IMG/VR virus record: IMGVR_UViG_3300034073_002726
Location: 1-58,460 of that record
DNA length: 58,460 nt
Direction: 5' to 3' (one strand)
Source: a virus
Taxonomy: Duplodnaviria > Caudoviricetes
Positions 1-12,000 of the stretch are shown here, piece after piece. The number at the start of each line of letters is the position of its first letter. The stretch's first letter is position 1. Position numbers and translations under genes: made by a program. The notes under the pieces are model-generated. The model was given only the letters and a program-made list of their open reading frames with translations, was not told the origin of the DNA and made no database searches.

Positions 1-3000
1 TTCTTCTGGTTGAAGCGCTGGATCTCCTGCATTGCTTCGGCCCGTGCCTCGGCATCCTTGGCCATGGTGGCGCGTGCTGCCTTGGCCAGCAACTCCTGGC
101 GGCGCTCGCCCAAAGCACGGTCCTGCTGGTAGATCGCGCTCTTGCCCTCAGTGGCATTGCGCACTTCCGAGGGCGAGAAGCCCAGGAACTGACCCGCCAC
201 TCCAGCCAAGCTCACCTCATCCTGGATGACCACTCCGGTTTTGTCCTGCACGCCCTCGGACTCGTAGCGAATCGCTTTGATTGGCCCTCGCAGTGCTGCG
301 GGCATCATGGCTTCCAGCCCGCGCGCATATTGCCCCTGGGACATATCCTGCAGGCCCTTGAGCACGTTGATGCCGATACCAGCCACCGGACCCAGCGCTG
401 CAGCCATAGCGGCTTCACCCAGGCGCTGCCCTTCCAGGCCCTCCTGCACGTCAGGGAAGATCAGCCGATCCAGGCCTACCCGGCCGGAAATGTCCCATGG
501 CGTCAGGCGCGACAGGCCATGCGCCAGAACTTCTGCTGGCTTCTGGCCCAAAGTGTCGGCCAACATGTTCTGTAGCGCCACCTTGGCATCCCATGGCTCG
601 TCGTCATCCCCGCCAATCATCGAGGCAGCCGCCAGCAAGGTTGTCACCATGGGCAGGCCCAGCACCCCGGCGGCTGCTGCATGGGTGGCCAGCAACCCGC
701 CCAGCGCCTTGCGCGCCTGTGCACGGACTTCTGGCGATTCGCCCTTGATGGCCTGCTGCGCATTGCGTGCCAGGGTATAGACCATGTTCTGGCCATACTG
801 CTTGAACAGCAACAGGACCTTGGCCACATTGCCTTGCATGAACCGTGGGCGATTTGCCGCGCCGTAGTCGAAGTGGCCATCGTAGGTTGCCTTCGTCGCT
901 TGCTCAAAAGCCGCTTTGTGGTCGGCACCCGCCTCGCGCGCCAGCCGGTAGGCCGCCACAAACGTCACCTGGCGGTTGAAGCGCTCGGCGTGGTGGAACA
1001 GGAACGATGCCCAGCGCATTACTGGCCGGATCTTCCACATCACCCCCATGTCCTCGCCCTGGGCGATCCCGGCCAGGTCGTGCGCCATGGTCACGTCGAT
1101 GGTGCCCGCGCGCACCGCCTCGTTGTAGGCCGCCAGCTCGTCGGCATTGAGCGATGCCGTGATGTCGTTCTTGCCCTTTGCCGCTTCGGCACTGGCCTTG
1201 AGCAACGCGGCGCTGGCCTTGCCATACCCCCACTTGGCCCCCATGATCGGGTACGCCACCAGCGCCGTCTGGCTCAGGTTGACCATGGCCGATGCGGGGG
1301 ACAAGCCCAAGTGGAACACGAACCCCAGGCTGGTCAGCGCTGTGGAAACCGGGTTGCTCTTGGGGTTCATCAGCGACTCATGGCGCTTGTTCATCTCGTC
1401 CACCACACGCTGGGCACTGTTCTGGTCGAAGTCCTCCACCTCGCGCCAGTCGTCCACATGCCGCTGCATCGCAGCCAACTCGTCCTGCATCAGGTCCGAG
1501 TAGCGCAGCTTTGCCAGATACCGGGCGCCGTGGAACATGTTCTGCGCGAACGCCCGGCGTGCGTCCTGGCTGAACCCCGGCGTGCCCTTGCGGTGAATGC
1601 CGTGCTTGGCCCAGCTCAGGTCAGGCAGGCTCGACAGGTACAGCTGGCCCAGCGTGTCCTCCAGCTCTGCACGCTGTGCCGCGTCCATGTCCTGCTTATC
1701 CAGCACCTGGTACAGCTCGGTCATGAAGCCGCGGCCCACCGCGTCACGGTCAGCGATGAAGTCCTTGGACAGCATCACCCGGCCCACGGTGAAACCTTTG
1801 TCGCGCGGGAAGGCCGACAGCAGGTTATTGCGCAGCGCCTCGGCCTCGGCCTTGGTTTCTGCCCGGCTCACGCTCTCCACCTTGCCGTCTGGCCCCTTCA
1901 CCGTCACCGCATACTGGCCAAAACGCGCCAGAGGGAAGTACACCCCCTTCACCGCCTTGAAAAACTCGTCGTCCATCTGCTTGAGCAGCGCCGCCTTGCG
2001 CTCGCCCTTGATCTCGCTGCGCTCGATCCGCTCCTTGATGGCGCTGCGCACCTTGGCGTGGTGCGACTTGTAGGAATCCCGCGTATCGGCGTAAACCTTC
2101 TTGGCATCGTCGCTCAGCAGGTTGTACTTGCGCCGCAGCTCCAGGTACTTGCCCTTGTCGTCGCCATCCACCAAATCCTCGGCAGGGTCGATCTGCGCCA
2201 AGGTGGCATCGTGCATCAGGTCGGCTAGCTTGGATTCATCCTGGAGCTTGGACCAGCGCGTCACCAGCTGGTCAGCTTCGGCACCGCCCTCGTTCTTGTC
2301 GGCTTCCATCTGCTGCACCAGCCGGTTGTACTCGGCCAGCGGCACCAAGTCGCCGTAGATGTCCACGATCTGGCGGCGGCCCAGGGCCTGCAGCCCAATG
2401 CCCAGGTAGTCCGTCAGCTTGAAGCCAGCGCGCTGCTTGACGTTGGAAACGGTGATGGATTTGATGGCGGCGCCAATGCGGGCGCCTGGGCCGTCGTCTA
2501 CGCTGCCTGCAGTGCGGCTGTAGAAGATGCGCTCATCCGCGCCAAACGCCTCGCCTCCATCTCGGCCACGACCAAGCCGGGATACATCCTCGCCTGCCCG
2601 AGCCAGAAGGCTTCCTCGTTCGGGTAGTTGCCGCGCGCCATCAATGGGTGTGGTTTGGAGGTGTCGGAATAATGCTGCTCGCGCAATAGTTCGCCAACCC
2701 GCTTGTCCCGCTGCTCCTGCTCCATGAGCCAAGCGATACTCGGAGGCGGATCGCTTGAGAACGAAAGCCAGTTGTCCGCGAGCCAGAGAACGTCCGGTGT
2801 CGGTTCGGTAGAAGCCTCGGTCGGGGTCATATGCGATAAGTTTGGAGGTCGGCATTGCATTATCCAGCGCCTTCACGCTGGCCGCAATCATTCTTTCTAC
2901 GTTGCCCACGTCGTCGCCATACACCCAGCGCAGAGGTGGAACGCCATCGCCGCCGCGTACCTGATCGGGGTGTGGTGCCAGGTGCGCTGTGGTGCCGAAC

Positions 3001-6000
3001 TTGAGGGCGCTGGACAGCATCTGCTCCAGGCGGCGGCGCAGCGCTATCGTGCTCAGGCCGGCCGGGTCGCCAATGAAAATCTTTCCTGTGTTGTGGGCGT
3101 AGTTCGTGGCGATGGCGTAGACCTTCTCCCCACCCTGCCCGGGCTTAAGCAGCGACACATCCAGCCACACATCTCCTGTGCGCGGGTCCACATCCTCGGG
3201 GTTCTCCCCGGGGCGCTCAGTGATCTGGTCGGTGATTTCTCCGTCCACCTGGTTGTAGCCATACAGGCTGGGGCCGTAGGGATTGCCGGTGCGCTCTGTG
3301 ATGCGCGCCACGCCGAAGTCAGGATGGTTCAATGTGTACATTGTCTCCCCGGGCAGGCGCGTCACGCGGACAGCAATCTTGGAGTCAATGTCAGCAGCGA
3401 TCCCCGCCACCGTATCTTTGCCAGACTTCGGCAGCGCAAACAACTCGTCCGCCTTGGCAAACTCGGCCAACGCCTTCTTTCCTGCATCCTCACCCAGGCT
3501 GAATGCTGGCTCAAAACCGCCCTGAACCTCAGGGGCTGCAACGGTAGCCGCGCGCCCGCGCTCCACAAAGCCGCGTGCGGGAATGATGTAATTATTCACA
3601 ATCTCAGCATCAGTTAGCTTGAGGTTGTTGAAGTACGGGACGTTTTCTCTCAGCCACGTCCTGATAACTGCGATCGCACGTTTTACAAAGCCGATGTCTG
3701 GCCGGACCTGTGAAAGTTCAGCCAGCACTTCCTCGGCCACCTCTCGGCGCTGCTTTTGCACCTTCAGGTCTTTCCCATACTCCTCGGCCTTGGGCTTCAT
3801 CAGATCGGGCCGGGCCATGGCGATCTGGTCCAGGATGCCGTCCAGGTCTTTGCCAAACATGGCGCGCAGGCCGTGGTGCCCCAGCGCTTCGTGGAACAGG
3901 GTTTCTGCAGCGTCACGCACGCTCGTCAGGCCATCTGCCACCAGATACACCTGGCCGCGGTAGTAGAAGCCACGGGGCGAACCAGTGGCGCCGCCTGCAC
4001 GCTGGCGGGCATCCTCCAGGCGCGCAGCCTCTGGTACGCGCATGTCCTGCATATTGGGCACCACGATGATCGTCGGCGCCTGGGCCCAGCGGGCGGCGAT
4101 GGTGTCGGCCACCTGGCGCACAGTGGTTTCGTTCATGGCGCCGGGGGCACCACGGCTCATCATTGGGGAGTCGCCTTCAGGCTTCAGGTACACCTCGCGG
4201 ATAAACCAGCCCCCATCCTTGCGGAAGGTGAACGGGTCAATCTTCTGCGCCTCGTCCTTCAGCAGGTCTGTGCGCACGATGCCGGTCAGAACCTTGCCCT
4301 TGCCGGTGGTGTGCGTGATGATTTCCGCGCCGTTGCGGTCCACCGTGCCCACGGCGTCAGGGTTGGCGGCTTTGGGTGCCTTTGGTGCTGTTGGCTTGCC
4401 TTCGACCTTCGCCTGGGCCCGCTCTGCCTTCTTGGCTTCGCGCTCGGCCTGCTCGCGTTCTGCCTGGGCTGCGGCCTCCTGCTCGGCTGACATTGCCCGC
4501 GGCGGCATGCTGATGTCTTCGATTTCGTCAAACAGCTGGCCAATGTCTTTGGTGTCGCTCAGGTCAATGGCTGGGCGGGCATTGGGCGCCTTGTCCTTGT
4601 TCGACTGCTTTTCCAGAATGACGATGCGCGTGACCACCGCCGTGCCGGCGCGTTCAAACGTCACCTGCGGCAGCTTGATTTCGGCCACCATGTAAACGCC
4701 GTCCGCGGGGCGGAACTTTTCTACACGCGGTCCTGGCTTAATGCTCTTGGCCAGGGTCAGCGGCTTGCCTGCAAACCGATCCTCGCCAGGCGCACGGAGA
4801 AAGTCCCCAGATGCGGCGCGGTCCACGCGATCCGCAACAACGTCAATCGCACGCCCCATGAACTCCACCGTTACGGTATCGCCGCGGTGAATCTCTCCCA
4901 AAGTTGGGTGTTTGTAGATCGGCTTGGATAGGCGCTCAGTCTCGCCATACATCCACTGGTCAAACCGCTTGTCAGCAGCTGGGCCAGTCGGGATCAGCGC
5001 AGCAATCCGGCCACCGTCACGCAGGTGCTTCACCGCTTTGGCCAGGTGCTCAATGGCCGTCTTGCCACCCACACCAAAGGGCGGGTTCATCGCAATACCG
5101 TCATATTTGTTGACGATGTTGTGATCCTCAAACGTGCCGTCAATGATCCGGTCCTTGCTGGCATCCATGGCCATGGCCAGGCGGGCGCGCAGCGTGGTGG
5201 ATGGCTCAATCACCGTGCGGTTGCTGATTTCCGGCAGCCAGCGCGCAATGGCCCCGTGCCCGGCGCTGGGCTCCAGGGACGATTCGCCGCCTCGCAGGCC
5301 CAGCCACTCAGCCATCTTGAAGCCCACGGGCTCAGGCGTGGCGAAGTAGTCCACACCCTCCTGCGCCTTGGTCTTGCTGTTCTTTTTCTGGGTCGCCCAG
5401 TAGTAGGTTTTCGCGCGGTCGTAGGCGGTAATGGCGGCATTGGCCATCTGGTCCCGCTCCTTGCCGCCCTTGCCCTCGCCTTCGTGGCCTGGAGGGTAGG
5501 TGTCCGACTCCTCAAACGCGGAAATGAATGAGTCTTTGAGTGCGCGGGCTTGCTCGCCCATGCCCAGGTTCTCGGCAGTGCTGGCGCGGCCTGCAATGGT
5601 GGTGGCAAAAGTCCACTTCTCCCAGTTGGTGCCGGTGTTCAGGTAGCGCATGATGGCGTCGCTGACCTGACCAGTGCGGTAAATCCGGCCCTCTTGCTGG
5701 ATGGCCAGCGTGGGCGCAGTAGGCTGGCCCAGGTTAATCAGCACGCGCTGGTGCTTGCCCGTGGTGTCGTGGCCGCTCCAGCCCTTGTTTTTGGCCGACT
5801 GCACCAGCATCACCTGCGGGCCGCTGGCGTCGTCCTGGAATCGCTTGTAGCGCTCCAGCAGATCCGCCTTTTTCTCGTCGCCGTTCACCAGCATGGTGTC
5901 GGGCAGCTCACGCTTGAACACCTCGATCGGGCTATCCAAGTCGCTCAGCGGTGCGTTCACCAGGCGCTTGAAGCGGGAACGGAACTCTGTCAGCGCCTCT

Positions 6001-9000
6001 TTGTAGGCCTCAAAGTCGGCTTTGCGCTCCTCGGGGAAGTCCTCGGGGAGTGTGCGCGGCACCTCAATATCGAACGGGTTGAACCCCCCGCCCTTCTTGT
6101 AGTCGTGGAACACCACCACCTTGCGGCCCAGGCCCAAGTGCTGGCGCACGATAGGAATCACCTCGGTCGCCTTGATGGCCTCCAGCAGGTAGCGGCGGCT
6201 CAGGAAGTCGAATTTCTTGCTGATAACGTCGCGCAGCGCTGAATACCCGTTCTTGTTGGCGTCCTCGCGGGCCATTTCAGAAACCCAGTTCAGCGCCTCG
6301 TCAATCTGGTTGCCAATGCCAGAGTCCACCAGCACAAAGCGGCGGTCATAGTCGGCGGGCACATCCAGCATACGGGCCGACAAAGAGCCCTTCTTGCGCA
6401 GCCAGCCGTTGAAATTGCGCTGCAGCAGCCCCGTATCCACCTTGGCGGGGTCCGGCTTGGTCAGCTTGTTGTAGCGCATCGAGTAACCGAAGTGCTGCAT
6501 GAAGAAGCGCTCGCGGTTGTCGCCCTGGTTGTAGCCGCGGGACTCGGTCTTGTCGCTGGGTTGGCCCTCGTTGTAGTCGAACAAGTAGCCATTGGCCCAG
6601 TCCACAGTGAACTCGTAGGCAAACGGCGTGGCCGACAAGGCCAGCAGGCGGGCGCGCTTGGCGCCCTGCATACCGTCCACCTCAGCCTGCACAGCCTCCC
6701 GCGCCTCGCGCAACTTGGCGGCCAGCGCATCGGCCTCGCGCTGCAGCTTGGCGTTTTCCTGGCGCACCGACTCCATCATGGCGTCCATCGTGTCCAGGTT
6801 GTTGAGGATCTTGTTGTTGCCCTCAATCCGTGCTGTCAGGTCACGCTGCCGGTTCAGATCATCCCGGTTCAGCATGGTGTGGCGCTGGCTCGCCCCGTCC
6901 GGGTGGTGGGTGATGGCGCGCAGGTTGGCCAGGTAGGTTGTCACCTTGCCGTCCGCCGACTGCATCAGCGTGTGCGATTCATCCGCCACCACCAGATCCC
7001 ACTGGCGGCGCGCCAGCGCATCGTTCTCACCCAGGTTGGCGTATGTCGTGATGACGATGCCCTTGCCTGCGTCCTGTGTGTCCTTCAGCTTGGTGATCTT
7101 CAGGCCCAGCGGCTCACCAGACTCCACCCAATCGGCGGCGATCTTGTCATCAGGCACCACAATCAGGGTGTTGGTCTTGCCCTGGCGCTGCATGCGCTTG
7201 ACCACGCCCAGGCCAGTGAAAGTCTTGCCCGTGCCCGTGCCATTGGTGAACAGCATGCCGTAGCCGTCAGGCACCGCGAAACGGTCCTCGGCCTTCTTCA
7301 CATCCTCCTGCTGGCCTGCAAGCAGGTAGGGCAGCGTCGCCTTGATGTTGTCCAGGTCGCCGGGCTTGACCGGCACCTTTTCAGCGGCGCGCTGGCGCTC
7401 CAGCTTGCTTAGCTTGTCATTGCCTGTTTGAGCAACTGCGTCAACTTGCGCTGCTGGAATGGGGTCAATGGATACTCCATCGACGCCAATGTCACTGCCT
7501 CGTTCACTGAAGTCACTTCCGGCAGAGACATTCGCAGCATCGGCTGCTGCGTTTCCTCCAGGTAAGAGGAAATCGCCTCGGTTTCCACCAGCAGCGGGGC
7601 CACCAGTCGGTACGCCAGCACCACGCGGTTGTCGGCCCCGGCCTTCTCCAGTGGCTTGTCCACCAGCTTGTCCAGCTGGGCGGGTAGCTCCTCGGGCGTC
7701 AGCCGGAACAGCGTCGCCCATGGCTGGCTCAGCGGCTGCATCGCCGCGATCTGGTTCCACACTGCCATTGGCACCTGCTGCATCTTGGTTCTCCTGCGCG
7801 GTAATCGCGTCCACATCGGCCGATTCAACGGCGGCCGCGCTGTCCATGCCGTCCAAACTTGCGGCACGCGGGTCATATTTGACACCCATGTACCACGATT
7901 TCAAATAGGGCCGCACACCGTCGCCCAAGTCTGCCAGCATGGCGCTGGCATAGGCGGCGAAGGTGCGGGCACCCTTCTCAATGTGATAACCGGCCAGCGT
8001 GATGCCGTCGATCATCATTTCTGGGTCAATCCCACTATTGAGGCGTCCCAGCTTCTTCTTCAGGCGCTCACGCGCCTTGGCGGCGGCGTCTTCGGTAAAC
8101 ACCGTGTTCGCGCTTACAGCTGGTGCCGGCGCTGGTGCTGGCGCCTCGGCGGGCATGTCAAAAATATTCGTCTGCCCGGTCAGGCTGTCCAGCGCGTCCT
8201 GGCCCAGTTCAAAGTTATCCGCTGCACGCTCTGACGCCTGGGCAATGCGCTTGCGCTCCTCGGCCTGGCGCTCTTGCTCCCGCGCCTTGCGGTCGGCTGC
8301 TTCCTGCTCGCGCTTGGCTGCCTCGGCGGCGTCCTGGCGGGCCACGATTTCCTCGGGGGTTTGGGCGGTCAGCAGTGGCTCGGGCTCGGTAGGTGGAGCT
8401 GCCTTCTCTCCCTTCAAGCGCGCGGCTGTCCTGCGCTCCAACTCGTCAAACTGCGCATCGGTGACATCCCATTCGCCATCTTCGTTTACGCCAATGCCCA
8501 TTTCGGCGGCTACGGCAGCCTGCGCTTCGGTGTAGTTCTCGCGGCCTTCGGCTTTGCGCTTCAGTTCAGCCTGTGCTGCAATCGACAATTGACGCAATTC
8601 AAAACCGCCAGCCGCTTGCACAACCTCATGGGTGCCAGTCAGGTCATAGCGCTCCTGAAATTGCTGCGCGCTGATTTTGGATTTGAATGGCTTCCCGTTT
8701 TCTTGGCGAACCACACGGTCAGACCGCAGGCGGCGCACCACTGCGTCGCGTTCTTGGCTTGCCGCCCAGGCGTTGTAATCCTTGGGCAGACCTTCTACTG
8801 GCTTGCCGCCCTGCTCCACATATTTGACGTAGGCCGCAGCCTTTTCGTCCATGGCTAGGCCATCAAATGCACTTGACCCCTTGACGCTTGCAGCCTTGTA
8901 GAGCTTGGCAGCCTCGCCACGCTCCAGTAGGTTGTTGAGAATCTGCGTCGGGAATGTGCGGAAATCGCGCTCCAACTGCTGGGCCGCGTCTGATGGCGTT

Positions 9001-12000
9001 GCTGCTGGCTTTTCTGCCTTGGTTTTTGAATCCTTTGCCGTCTTCGGCTTCGCCGCCTTCTTGGGCTTCTCGGCCTTTACACCTGCGGCTTGTGCTTCAG
9101 GTTCGCCGCGCTGTCCTCCTGGGGCAGCGGCTGCTTGGGCGCCATTACCTTCTTGGCCGCCTGGATTGCCTTGGCCATCTTGCTGTTGGGCTTGAGCCTG
9201 GGCATTTTGTCCGGGTTGGCCTCCGCGATCTTGATTAGATCCAGGCCCGCCTTCTCCTGCTGCTTGTCCCCCGATTCCCGGCTGGCCTTCACCAGGACCG
9301 CGCCCAGTATCGACGCTGCCAGCGGGTTGTCCTCGGCCTTCTTGGGGTTGAGCTTCTGCATTGCCTTGTCCTTCATTGAGTCGGTTGACGATTGTCGCAA
9401 GAATGTCCCCAGCCGTCACCACGTCGCCAAACATGCCAGCGTCTGCGCTGGTCGTCATGGCGCCCTGCACATAGTCGGCCAGATGCTGGGTCAGCTTTTC
9501 CTTGCCAATGGCGCGGGTCAGGTACTGGCCGCTGTAGAACAGGCGCAGCATGCCCACCGTCATCTCGGCGGGAGTCTCGCCCGTCATCAGATCCGGCTGG
9601 TTCACCAGGTCGTACAGGCTCATGCCGTCGCGGCGCGCCTTGCGGATCAGGCCAATGGCCTGCAGCAGGTTGTCGGTAATGTCGGTTTGCGGGTTGATGG
9701 CGTTCAGGCGGGCAGAGTCGCGCATGTTGGCCCACTGCCCGGCCACGGTTTTCAGCGCTTCGCCAATCGCCTTGATGTCCGTATCGGTGGAGTCAAACAT
9801 TTCTTCCACGATGTCGGAATCACCATAGGCGGCCTGCATCAGCGCGGCCTGGATGCGCTTGCGGCCGTCTTGTGACAGCTGGCCGTCTGCCGTCATCATC
9901 CCGGCCACATCCTGGCCAGCGCCCTGCAACTTGCCAATGAAGGCCCGCACAAAGTCGCGATTGGCAGCGCTGGTCACTTCGCCAGGCTGGTACACCGCCA
10001 GCACGCTGGAGTCCATCAGCGGTGCATCCTGGCGCGCCAGCTCGGCAGGGCTCATGCCCAGGCCTTGGCCCTGGCTCTTGGCGGCCATGCCTGCCGTGTT
10101 GTCGCTGTCCGAATACACCCGCACCAGGGCGGCATTCGGCGTGCGCGCAATGATGTCGGGCGAAATCCCGTGCATTGGAGTGTCAGCCTGCATGGCCTGC
10201 ACGTACTCGCCAGCCGTGCCAAGTTCGTGGGCACCGCGGATGCCCGCCGTGCGGCCATTGTTCAGCGCCTTAAGCGTGCCCGGCACCGTAGAGTCGAACA
10301 ACTCGTTGCGGCGCCCGTCTGCAAAGTTGGAAGGGTTCACCTTGGTGGCATCCACCACGGCATAGCGGAACGGCACCCGCTGGCCGTCGCTCATTACCGC
10401 CACATCCTCACGGCCATAGGCGTCAGGCGCAATGTCCTTCAGGTCGTCGCCCACGGCAAACACCATGGGCGCTCCACTGTCCGGTGTGCGGCTGGGGCCC
10501 AGGCGCATGTAGTCGGGGTTGCGCGCAATGTCGCTCATTTGCACCACCGAAGCCGCGCGGCCGCGGTCGCGGTTCTGCATGTTCACGTCTTGCGGCGCTT
10601 CCAGCGGCGGCAGCACAGGCGCAGCGCCGCCCTTGAGCGAGTCGTACTCGGCTTTGAGGGCGGCATGCTCGGGTGTGCCCACCTTGATCTGGCCTGGCGT
10701 GAACCCCTTGGACTTTGCAAAACTCCAGAAGTCGGCCGGCGCGGATTGCGCTACCGGGCCAGCCTGTGCGGCCTCTACCCCAGCGGCTTCCACCGCCCCA
10801 GCTCCCGCTGCGGGTACTCCGGCGGCTGGGCCTGCGGGCTGTGCTCCCACAGCTTGCGGCGCTTGGCCTGGCTGGCTGATAGCTGGGGCTGCTTGAGGTA
10901 CTTGGGGTGCTTGCGGTACGTCTTGGACATTCACGGGCTCCTGCGGGCGAACGACAAAGCCACCCGCCACGGGCACCACGGCACCGGGCGTCTTCTTGGC
11001 TGCACGGTCTGCTGCCATGCGGGTCTTGAACGGCTCACCGGCTGGGTTCAGGATGTCGGTGGGCGCTGGCGTAGCGCGTTGCGATACAGCCTGGCGCAAG
11101 CGGTCTGCCACAGGGTCGGTCTGGGCGGGCGCTTCGGATGCCGCGCGGGCAAGGCGCTGCTCTGGCGTCAGGCCCTTCTCGGCCTGCATGCGCTGCTGCA
11201 CATCGGCGGGCGTGATGCGGCCAGCGTCGAAGTCGCGCACGTAAGCGCGGGCTGCTGGCGTGTTCACGCCGCGCAGGTTGTCCAGATAGTTCTGCACCGG
11301 GTCTGTTTGCAGATCCAGGCCCACACCATCTGTGCGGGTGCGTGGCGCACGCTCCACGGGCGCGGCATCAGCCTGCTGCATGCGGGCAATCGTTTCGTTC
11401 AGCCGGGCCTCGCCCTGGGCGGCCATGTCTGGCGTCACCCAATTGGGCGGGACCAGCACGAAGCCACCTGCAGGATGCTCGGCCACAGCCAAATCCAGCC
11501 CACGATTGCGGGCTTCGTCCAGCATGCGCGCAGCATCGCTGGCGGGCATCGGGGGGCGGCGTTCGGCCACATTGGCCACGTTGGTGATGGCCGCGGCTTG
11601 CGCTTCATTGTTCATTCCCAGCGCGCCAGCCAACGGGTCGGCCCGCCCGGCCATGCCGCCGCCACCCAGCATGGAGCCCATGTCGGTATCGGTCAGGCGT
11701 TCGCCCAGCACAGGAGGTGGTGCATTCTCAGCCAGCAGCCGATCCAGCAATTTGCGGTTGAGTTGGAGTACACCTTTCGCCGCATCCGGCCGATTCAGAA
11801 CCGCATAGGCGCGCAAGGCGTCCTGGCGGGCGCCATCGGGCAGGGCGAGAATCTGATCGCGCACCGGGTCATCCACAGGCTCGGGCACGGGCTCGGCTGC
11901 CGCCTGCTCATCCACCAGCGGGGCGCCAGCCTCTACCGCCTGCGCCTTGGCCTCCACGCCTGCATTCACCGCCTTGGTCAGCGCGCCGGACTCGGGTAGC

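Noticed and set aside
4286-6730. Other same-strand alternate-frame ORFs in the giant gene (4286-4543, 5210-5608, 6461-6730)
   Set aside because: R/P/T-rich off-frame composition, no SD noticed, and they mostly overlap conserved catalytic domains, unlike the three retained nested ORFs.
681-11999. Long plus-strand ORFs (e.g. 681-2228, 10065-11999) and similar ones opposite other late genes
   Set aside because: Antisense shadows of GC-rich minus-strand genes; no SDs and unnatural composition.
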